A stretch of DNA of 64,000 nucleotides from an uncultured Phycisphaerales bacterium (GTDB taxonomy: Bacteria; Planctomycetota; Phycisphaerae; Sedimentisphaerales; Anaerobacaceae): assembly GCA_963718665.1 (NCBI GenBank), contig OY970359.1, positions 960,001-1,024,000 of the forward strand, written 5' to 3'. Positions 39,245 through 47,278 of this stretch are shown in pieces (position 1 is the first letter of the stretch; every line of letters starts with the position of its first letter). The position numbers and the translations under genes are program-made. The notes below the pieces were generated by a model. The model was not told the DNA's origin. It searched no databases and saw only the letters and a program-made list of their open reading frames with translations.

Positions 39245-40351
39245 TTATAAAATGGAAAGTTGCCCAACCGAATCGAGAACCTCTCGGAATTTCTTAGTTG
39301 AGCCAAAGTCGATAGTCCATGTTGCCTTGCAACCTTCAGAATATTTCTCAGGATTATATTTTTTAGGTAATGCAAGGTAAGCTGTAACATCGGGCCTTAC
39401 ATAACAAAAAATGCATACACCCAATGATTGCATTTTAGAGCCCAAAGCAGAAATATATATTTGGAAATCAAGATTCCTATCTTTATATATTTGGTCTAAC
39501 ACTTTAATCGTTTCTTTATAATCGAAAGTACATACTTCCCTTGAAATGGTTCTTTCATCTATTTTATTAATTATGCGTAATATTGCCTTACGTTTTTCTT
39601 TATCTACTTTGTTCATATGCGGATCGCCAATTATCCAAATAATTTTCCCAGGTTTCCTTAAAATAGTTTCATCTATGTGTGTTATGATCGCTTTTGTTCT
39701 TTCCGGTTTGAAAGTAGTGAAGGCAATTACAAAAGGGGGATTTTCTCGAGTGCTACCGGGGTATTCAGGGCTTGGAATGACTTTGCCTACTCCTATAGAT
39801 ATTCCGAGTCCTTCTTCTGTTGTCCATTTTTCTGGTTCAGCATCGAATTCATCATTCGTGGGATGATAAATTGCTGCTTCCGAATATACAATCTTTAAAT
39901 CAATATCGTAATCAATTAAAGTTCGAATCACTGAAAGAATTAGCTTTGAAGAAAACACGCTAATGTCTAATAACACTTTAAATTCGCCATTGGACGGGCA
40001 AACAGTATTAAAAAATTCTCTAAACTGCCTTGTGAAGTCGTCGTCGTCGCAAGTAAAGGTTTTATATCTATCGGATTCTGTGAATTTCTTAATAGCACGT
40101 AATAGTCTTTGTTTGTTTGCTGCGTTATCTTCGGTGTTGGTTGAATATTCGAATACTACAGAATATTGACTATTGAACCCTTTTACTGTGGCAAGTTTTT
40201 CCGGTATGACAAGGCATCTTTCTTCAAATCCTAATGCAGAGATAAAAACATCAAATCTCTTTTCTAAAAACATCTTCTCACATTCTAAAGCTTCTATGTC
40301 TGGCAAACGGCTTAGAATATCGATAAATTCATTTTCTTTAATTCGTGCCAT
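39245..40351 (-). CDS. Hypothetical Rossmann-like (possibly CARF-related) protein
   Basis: ISALGFEERC, LDISVFS, YSEAAIYHP, ISALGSKMQSLG, YSEG. The fold assignment is inference. Confidence 0.6.
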   Translation of the reverse strand: MARIKENEFIDILSRLPDIEALECEKMFLEKRFDVFISALGFEERCLVIPEKLATVKGFNSQYSVVFEYSTNTEDNAANKQRLLRAIKKFTESDRYKTFTCDDDDFTRQFREFFNTVCPSNGEFKVLLDISVFSSKLILSVIRTLIDYDIDLKIVYSEAAIYHPTNDEFDAEPEKWTTEEGLGISIGVGKVIPSPEYPGSTRENPPFVIAFTTFKPERTKAIITHIDETILRKPGKIIWIIGDPHMNKVDKEKRKAILRIINKIDERTISREVCTFDYKETIKVLDQIYKDRNLDFQIYISALGSKMQSLGVCIFCYVRPDVTAYLALPKKYNPEKYSEGCKATWTIDFGSTKKFREVLDSVGQLSIL

Positions 40352-40362
40352 CGATTGTATCC

Positions 40363-42891
40363 TTATGTATCAAATAAAGATGATTGGTCTGGCTCTTTAT
40401 ACCTATCATATTCTTGCTGACATATTTCTTCTGGATTTGTTAAAAACTGCTTTAATTCACTCGTGTCCCACTTAAAGGCCCATGATTTTTTTAATCCGGC
40501 TCCAAATACTGGGCAATATATTCTTCTCAGTTGCCATCTCCAAGTTGGTCCAAAGGTCATGCGGCCCCTGCTTGGTTCCATCTCAATGAAAATTGACCGC
40601 CTTACAAGCTCCTTCATTAATTCTTGCTGTTCCTGGGCCCAATCTTCTCCGGATTGTCCTGGTATTTGATCGACTTCAATCCTTGTAGTTTCGAGCAAAC
40701 GACCATCATTCATTCTATTAGCTTCAACTAATAGTTTACGACATAAAGTGCCAAAATTAAGAATTATTTTATACATCTCGGTTCCACAGGGATGATAACT
40801 CTTAATTAGTTCAAAGAAACTTCTTGAGACGCTTTGTATTGAGCTATGTTGGGTATGTTTAAGTACACCATTCGTTGTTTCTTTTACAACGCCTCCCTCT
40901 TCAAATATACGGCGATATATTTCTAACAAAGCAGAGACATCTCCAGAGCAAATCTCGGCGATTGTCTCCAGTCCATGATATTGGTCTTTTCGTTTTTTAC
41001 CTTCTTTTAATGCTTCGCCAAGAGAGCTTTCTGAGTATTCGCTATGACCTATTATATCTTCAGCTTTTCCGGAATATAAAGCCAAATTCAGCCTATGATT
41101 TAACAAATCTGTGGCAAATTTTATGAGATCCTTCAAACGCCCTTTATCACTAAGATTTATGTAATATTGACCACAATCAACCTCTCTAAATTCCCTCGTA
41201 ACATCAGCAGTGGATAGTGTTTCGCCACTGAATTCCAGTACACGTTCCGCTCCATATTTCTCAGCGGATAATTTAAATACGTGATTGGCATTTCTAAACC
41301 AGATAATTGGATTTAATATTGTTTGTATGGGCAATGAAATCCGATGGATCGAAAAATCATCTAACAAGAAGACTATTTTTCTTTGTTTACAATAATCGAG
41401 ACTATTATTTAAAAGACCTGTCAAATCATTAAGAAAAGATTCTGGAAGAGTATAAGGAAGATTATATCCTCTCAAAAACTGATCATAGCAAGTATTCATT
41501 TCCATTTCAACAATTTCATGAAGATGTTCCAACGGCGTTACACCTTGCAATCGAAGCTTTTCCTCCGCTCTTAAATCCAATCTACTGGTTACGAAATCAA
41601 ATATCTCTTTTTCTTGAGTTTCCCCTAAACCGAACAATGTTTCTTTGTCTTTTCTTTGTGCAATAAGTAACAAAGAGTGAATTACTTCACGTGTAAGTAA
41701 TAGATTAAAATAGTGTATTATCTCTTTTTGAAACCTTTTGGCAATTACTTCTGATGTTAGGCAACCAAATCGATTGCTAAAATCCGCGCTACAGGAGATA
41801 TAAAAAGCAACGATGACGGAGTTTTTTATTTCTTCTTGGGATTTATATAGAATGGCCTTTAAGCTCATTCTTCTAAAAACCGTCGATTTACCGCATCCTC
41901 TTGGACCAGTTAATAAAACAGGATTAGGGCTTGTAACCTCTTTCACCCATGGACAGGAATCTGCGAAAAGCCTTACCAACAATTGATCACTTGCAATATG
42001 TTCAGCAGAAATATAATCGAAAGGATCATCAAGTTTTAATTCGATTTCTTTGTAAGGATGTAGCACTCTTGTATAAGCATTTTCAAACTGCCTTCGTACT
42101 TTAGAAGGTTCAAAAAGAGCCGCTTGTCTATCTTCATCTAACATCGAATTAATCAAAGGTTTAATTGTATCTCTAAACCTTCGCTCTTTAAATGATAACA
42201 TTTTTCTTTTTTTGTATGAATCAAAGAGCATTGCGTTATACAAGGCAATAAGATGATGACAAAACCATCCATGATCGTCTTTGTCTTTTGTTAGAGTGGC
42301 ATCATAAGATTTAACCGAACCAGTATCTATAATCTTTACTCCCAGTTCTTCGTGAAGCATAGGCGCAATCATTACATTGCCAAGGTGCAAATCGTCGTGA
42401 CGCAATTTCGCACGATCTCTTAAAATGGTGAGGGCGTCACACATCTGCTTGACATAATTACGTATGAAAGACGATGTAATTTCATTATTATGGATGTATG
42501 TCTTTAACGTTTGCCCCTCAACCCATTCTTCGATAAAGCATACGCATTTAATCTTTTTGGATTTCTTGCGCTTTCTGTGTAGTGGAAATTCAATAATATC
42601 TGCGTCATAGAAATGTGCAAAACATGAATATTTACTCAATGAGGCCGCCATTCTTGCCTCGTCAAGGTAAGACCGATGCAGGTAATCTTTATATGTGGCA
42701 AGTTTAATAGCTACATCTCTTCCATATTCATCTGTTCCTTTCCAAACAACAGATTTGACTCCATCCGTAGGTAAACATTCTTTTGGAAAATATTTTGATC
42801 CACGAACAGGTATCTCATCCCCAATAACTTCTCTTGAAGATAACAATTGTTTGTCCTTTTGGGACATTTCTATTTTAACTTTTTTGGCCAT
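40363..42891 (-). CDS. Ser/Thr protein kinase domain fused to ORC/CDC6-like (STAND-type) P-loop ATPase
   Basis: VAIK, EEWVEG, HDDLHLGNVM, IIDTG; Walker A GPRGCGKST, Walker B IVFLLDDFS. Confidence 0.85.
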   Translation of the reverse strand: MAKKVKIEMSQKDKQLLSSREVIGDEIPVRGSKYFPKECLPTDGVKSVVWKGTDEYGRDVAIKLATYKDYLHRSYLDEARMAASLSKYSCFAHFYDADIIEFPLHRKRKKSKKIKCVCFIEEWVEGQTLKTYIHNNEITSSFIRNYVKQMCDALTILRDRAKLRHDDLHLGNVMIAPMLHEELGVKIIDTGSVKSYDATLTKDKDDHGWFCHHLIALYNAMLFDSYKKRKMLSFKERRFRDTIKPLINSMLDEDRQAALFEPSKVRRQFENAYTRVLHPYKEIELKLDDPFDYISAEHIASDQLLVRLFADSCPWVKEVTSPNPVLLTGPRGCGKSTVFRRMSLKAILYKSQEEIKNSVIVAFYISCSADFSNRFGCLTSEVIAKRFQKEIIHYFNLLLTREVIHSLLLIAQRKDKETLFGLGETQEKEIFDFVTSRLDLRAEEKLRLQGVTPLEHLHEIVEMEMNTCYDQFLRGYNLPYTLPESFLNDLTGLLNNSLDYCKQRKIVFLLDDFSIHRISLPIQTILNPIIWFRNANHVFKLSAEKYGAERVLEFSGETLSTADVTREFREVDCGQYYINLSDKGRLKDLIKFATDLLNHRLNLALYSGKAEDIIGHSEYSESSLGEALKEGKKRKDQYHGLETIAEICSGDVSALLEIYRRIFEEGGVVKETTNGVLKHTQHSSIQSVSRSFFELIKSYHPCGTEMYKIILNFGTLCRKLLVEANRMNDGRLLETTRIEVDQIPGQSGEDWAQEQQELMKELVRRSIFIEMEPSRGRMTFGPTWRWQLRRIYCPVFGAGLKKSWAFKWDTSELKQFLTNPEEICQQEYDRYKEPDQSSLFDT

Positions 42892-44050
42892 GATATTTAG
42901 ATGCTTCGTTTATTGTTCTTTTCGCTTTTTTGAAAAATTTTGTCGATGAGAAATTATTCCAATCCGGCATTCTATCTGCTCTTGGTAAGGCCCATCTTTT
43001 TTTCCAATAGGTTAATAATGCTTCGAAAGGACGATTAAACGAGATGGCTCGTTTTCCATTATGAATAACATTTCTTAAATTTTTAGCCAGAGGAAACAAA
43101 TAAAATTCCCTTTTGATGCCATGGCACTCAAATGAGGGTAATCCTAATCGGCTGAGGCCAAGACTAAGAAGTCTGAGCTTTCTTGACGGGCCATTGCCAT
43201 AACCTCTGGCAATATCAATCCCTTCGCGTTCCAAAAAAATAAGAAGTTCTTCATATAATTTTTCGGGGATATGAAACGACCCCGTTCCCTGCGTATATCC
43301 CAGACAGTCAGCTACAATTTCGCCATTATACTTCAGGCGATTATAAAGGCTACTTTTCCCAAAAGCACTGGTTGTAGTGATAAATAAAAGTTCGGGTTTC
43401 AGCGTCTGTTTTTTAATAATTGATATATAATTGGCATATCTATTTTTGTATGCTTCTCTCACTTCATTGGCTGTTAAAGCAAGAGCGACCATTTTCCCAC
43501 CCAGAAGTTCGTTATAAGGCGGAAGCGCTCCTACTCGTTGAGCATGCATTGATTTGTTTACCCATAAATCTAATTCACTATTGGGAAGGTTAAGTGCCTT
43601 ATCCCGAACAGACATTTTTAGTATGGGACTCTGTAAAGAAATCAAACCAAATGGGCAATCGTGTTTTTTATCCCATAAGAGAAACCGCAGTTGACGTCCA
43701 TAAGGATGCTGGTATGGAATGCTCCACCAGACAAAATTCCACCAGCGAAATATAATCTCCTCAAAAGACTCTGGTTGCACTTCACGTAGTTCCAATTCAA
43801 TTTGTTCAGGGATTATATCTTTCCCATCTCTATTGTATGATCTGACCAAATTAAAGTGTTGCCGTAAGAAATTCGAGTGCAAAGCAATTTGTTCAATCTT
43901 CGCTTTCCTCTGCATCCTTCTGAGAGTGTTTTTGCTGTAACCGGCAGGTCTAAGATGTGGATTGATTTTAAAACCATAATTCTTTAACGCAGCAAGAATT
44001 TTGTTTCGTAGTTTCGCCTTACCAACAATTTTCTTTTTTAGTTCTGCCAC
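42875..44050 (-). CDS. DUF4338 / Druantia DruA-like protein
   Basis: GRQLRFLL, SVRDK, GALPPYNELLGGKMVAL, TTTSAFGKSSLYNRL, GYTQGTGSFH. Confidence 0.8.
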   Translation of the reverse strand: MAELKKKIVGKAKLRNKILAALKNYGFKINPHLRPAGYSKNTLRRMQRKAKIEQIALHSNFLRQHFNLVRSYNRDGKDIIPEQIELELREVQPESFEEIIFRWWNFVWWSIPYQHPYGRQLRFLLWDKKHDCPFGLISLQSPILKMSVRDKALNLPNSELDLWVNKSMHAQRVGALPPYNELLGGKMVALALTANEVREAYKNRYANYISIIKKQTLKPELLFITTTSAFGKSSLYNRLKYNGEIVADCLGYTQGTGSFHIPEKLYEELLIFLEREGIDIARGYGNGPSRKLRLLSLGLSRLGLPSFECHGIKREFYLFPLAKNLRNVIHNGKRAISFNRPFEALLTYWKKRWALPRADRMPDWNNFSSTKFFKKAKRTINEASKYHGQKS

Positions 44051-44165
44051 TGCCCCTTCCTTGCCATATTATCTTGAACTAACCTGCGGGTTCTGCGATG
44101 TTTATCCTTCCATTGTCCATCAAAGGTGGTAAGGAGTCAAGGGCGTGCTTCGCGAGAAAGTTGAA

Positions 44166-44405
44166 AGTCGATAGTGGTTAGTCGATAGTCGTTAGTGTTT
44201 AGAAAACTGGGCCCCAGATCGTAGTCTGGGGTCTTCGCCCGCCTTCGTTGACACTATGGCGGGTAAACTGCGCTACGAGGAGAACTTTGGGGGGCTGAGG
44301 GCAGTATAAAGAGCAATACCCCCGCAGTTTTGCTTCGCAAAACTAAGCGCAGGGGTCTTCCCCCTTCGCCAAGGGCTACGGCGGGACAGGTCGCTGCGAT
44401 ACGAG
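44166..44405. repeat. Heptamer repeat plus two REP-like elements carrying nested palindromic insertions
   Basis: AGTCGAT/AGTCGTT units, and the host element GGGGTCTTCGC..GCTACGAG interrupted at ~44239-68 and ~44361-92. Confidence 0.75.
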
Positions 44406-44503
44406 AAAACTACTTGTTGCGGGAGCGAATTTGTGGTATATTTTACTTTTCGAGTAACTTGTTAGTGGGGTTTCAACTCGCTTAATACGCTGTATCAGGA
44501 GAA

Positions 44504-45601
44504 ATGAAAATGAAGAACGGAAGAACGAACTTAATAGCTGGTATCATTGTTTCCGCATTGGTTTTGCAGGGCTGGTTTGCAAGTCAGGCGATTGGTACGC
44601 AGGCACCCGCCTCCAAACCTACGGCTGAAGTCAACGCGGTGAATCCGCAGGTTAAGGCCAAGCCACAGGCAGCGGCTGAACCCAACGGGCCGCCGCCCAG
44701 ACTTGTCTTCGAGCAGCCCACCCATGATTTCGGCGCGGTTGCCCCGGGTTCTTTTAATCCCTGCAAGTTCAAGTTCGCGAACAAAGGCGCGGGGGTTCTC
44801 AAGATAAGCGACGTTACCAAGACCTGCGGCTGCACCGTTTTTACGCTCGACAAGAAGGAATACGCTCCCGGAGAGCAAGGGGTGATTGACGCCGGATACA
44901 ACGCCGACAAGGGCAGCGGCGTCAGGACGAGACATCTTTATGTTATGTCGAATGACCCTGTTGACCCGCGAATAGAGTTGACCATCAAGGCGTCTATCGC
45001 ACAGAAGATTGTTTACGAGCCGGAGAAACTGGAATATACGCTCAAAGGCGAAAAGGCCGGGACTATGGATTTGACCCTGCGAAGCGTCGATGACCAGAAT
45101 TTCGCGATTACCTCGTTCGGCTCCACCGATGACGCTGTCTCAGCGGATTTTGACCCGAACAAGAAAGCTGTAAAATTTATTCTTAAGACCAGGGTGGATT
45201 ACAATAAAATGGCCGCCAACAACAGCGGGCAAATAGAAATTAAGACCAGTCATCCGGAATGCCCCACGGTTAACGTGCCTTTCAGTATTTTACCGAGATT
45301 AAAGGTTGACCCGCCGGCCATCAATATACTCAACGCTGAAGCCGGGAAAGCCACCGAACGGGAAGTATGGCTGCTCAATAATTACAACGAAGATTTTGAA
45401 ATCGCCTCGGCGACATCCAGGGAAGGTATCATAAAAGTTCTCAGCCAGGAAAAAGTCGGAACCCGTTACAAGTTTAACCTTTCGGTGCTCCCTCCGCCGA
45501 CAGCAAACCAGGCGAAGATGTTTACTGATACGTTCACGATAACCACGAAAGACGGCGAAAAAGTAGAAATTGTCTGCCGTGGTTTTTATCAGCGAAAATA
45601 A
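44504..45601 (+). CDS. DUF1573 domain secreted protein
   Basis: Signal peptide; HDFG...FKFAN.G...LKI..V.KTCGCT...PGE.G.I...V.SNDP. Confidence 0.85.
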   Translation: MKMKNGRTNLIAGIIVSALVLQGWFASQAIGTQAPASKPTAEVNAVNPQVKAKPQAAAEPNGPPPRLVFEQPTHDFGAVAPGSFNPCKFKFANKGAGVLKISDVTKTCGCTVFTLDKKEYAPGEQGVIDAGYNADKGSGVRTRHLYVMSNDPVDPRIELTIKASIAQKIVYEPEKLEYTLKGEKAGTMDLTLRSVDDQNFAITSFGSTDDAVSADFDPNKKAVKFILKTRVDYNKMAANNSGQIEIKTSHPECPTVNVPFSILPRLKVDPPAINILNAEAGKATEREVWLLNNYNEDFEIASATSREGIIKVLSQEKVGTRYKFNLSVLPPPTANQAKMFTDTFTITTKDGEKVEIVCRGFYQRK

Positions 45602-45629
45602 AGGCAACATAAACAAAACCGTGGCGGTA

Positions 45630-47051
45630 ATGACGGGGAAAATAGTTGCTATCTGTCTGATAGCTGCGACAACGGTGCTCGCGGCGCCAGGTTCGGGTAC
45701 GACACTGCAATCTCAGGTTTCTTCAGAGCAGGCTGCTCGGCAAACTATTACTATTTTCTTCACGAGTAACGAGCTTGGCGCGATGCAGCCATGCGGCTGT
45801 TCGGGCGGGCAATTAGGCGGCCTTGACAGACGATATACTGTTTTTAATGCGGTAAGCCCTCAAAACCGTCTCATCATTGATACCGGCTCACTGGTCGAGG
45901 GGGCAACCGACCAGGACCTGATTAAATTCGGCATTATTGTGCAGGCATACACGCAGCTCGGTTACAACGTAGTCAATCTAACCGGGCAGGATATTCTCGT
46001 CGCTCGCGAGGCGGGATTTCTCGATGGTCTCAGTTCGGCCTTCAATTGTATAACTGCCGGCAGCTCCGATGATATAAAAATGCCGGCCAAATTCACCAGG
46101 ACATTTACTTTGAACGGGTCATTTGTTGAAGCGGTCGTTGTTGCCGTGGAAACCGAGGACCAAATTACACGGCTGCCTGACCTGCTGGCGTCGTCCGCGG
46201 GGTCGCCCCTGGCGGTGAAAATCCTGATTCTCAACCAGGCCGACGCAAAAACAATAGCGACCGTTTCGGAAATGAATCTCGTCGATTTGCTGATAGTTCC
46301 TTCGCAGGCCGACGAGCCGACGCTCGTTGGCGACGCCAATAACAGCCCATTAGTAATATCGGCGGGCCGGATAGGCAAATACGTCGGCAAAATCCAGGCA
46401 AGATTTGACAGAGCGAGACAGAAACCTCGATTAGCGTTTTCTTCGGTGCCGGTTACGGAAGATATTGTGCAGTATCAGCCGCTTGTTGAGCTTTATAAGG
46501 ATTACCAGCGATTAGTCAAAGACGCCAATTTAATCGAAAGGTATCCGCGTTTTGTCCTGCCGGACAACCTCGAATACGTCGGCTCGAAATACTGTAAACT
46601 ATGCCACGACTACGAATACGAGAAGTGGATGACAAGCAAGCAGGTTTTCATTTCCGGACTAGATAAACAGGCGTCGCCGGACAGCAGACACGCCGGGGCC
46701 TTTGCCGCACTCGAAAAGGTCGGCTCAGAATACGACCCCGAATGTATCATTTGCCACGTTGTGGGAATGCAATACCAGACCGGCTATGTCTCACCGGCGA
46801 AAACACCTGAAATGAAAGACGTCGGCTGCGAAAACTGCCACGGTCCCGGCTCAGAGCACCTCAGGTCGCTGGGCGCAATCGAAACTGCCGGCCCAATTTC
46901 AACTTGCAGCGACTGCCATACCGCCGAGCAGAGCGGGGAATACGCCTCCAACCAGAAGCAATACTTCGAGAAAATCGTACACTGGAGAGAGCCGGTTTCG
47001 ATGGTCAGGGTCAAAGAACCTAACCAACCCGCAAAACATAACATTCGATAA
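45630..47051 (+). CDS. Tetraheme cytochrome c (c554-like) with N-terminal metallophosphoesterase/UshA-like domain
   Basis: CKLCH, CIICH, CENCH, CSDCH; N-terminal PCGCSGGQLGGL and IDTG; signal peptide. Start uncertain. Confidence 0.8.
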   Translation: MTGKIVAICLIAATTVLAAPGSGTTLQSQVSSEQAARQTITIFFTSNELGAMQPCGCSGGQLGGLDRRYTVFNAVSPQNRLIIDTGSLVEGATDQDLIKFGIIVQAYTQLGYNVVNLTGQDILVAREAGFLDGLSSAFNCITAGSSDDIKMPAKFTRTFTLNGSFVEAVVVAVETEDQITRLPDLLASSAGSPLAVKILILNQADAKTIATVSEMNLVDLLIVPSQADEPTLVGDANNSPLVISAGRIGKYVGKIQARFDRARQKPRLAFSSVPVTEDIVQYQPLVELYKDYQRLVKDANLIERYPRFVLPDNLEYVGSKYCKLCHDYEYEKWMTSKQVFISGLDKQASPDSRHAGAFAALEKVGSEYDPECIICHVVGMQYQTGYVSPAKTPEMKDVGCENCHGPGSEHLRSLGAIETAGPISTCSDCHTAEQSGEYASNQKQYFEKIVHWREPVSMVRVKEPNQPAKHNIR

Positions 47052-47278
47052 CAAATCCTTTGTCAGGTTTTTCAACAGCCGCGGAACGGGCATTTATGCC
47101 CTTTTTTTGCTGAAAAACGATGTTTTATAGGACGGTCGCCCCTACAGTTTAACCTTTCTTTTTAGCTTCAGAGAAACCCTGAATCGGCTTCGATAAATCA
47201 GCCAAAAGTCCGGTGCGTAAAGTCAGAAAATGCGGAACTTTGGGGTGATTTCGTTGTCTAATTTAGAGTGGTTATTTT

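Noticed and set aside
39196..39390. N-terminal extension of the 2-TM protein
   Set aside because: Overlaps the upstream gene; a clear RBS and ATG exist at 39195.
38140..44050. Canonical Druantia system
   Set aside because: No DruE helicase or DruB-D/M/F/G/H-like genes are recognisable in the window.
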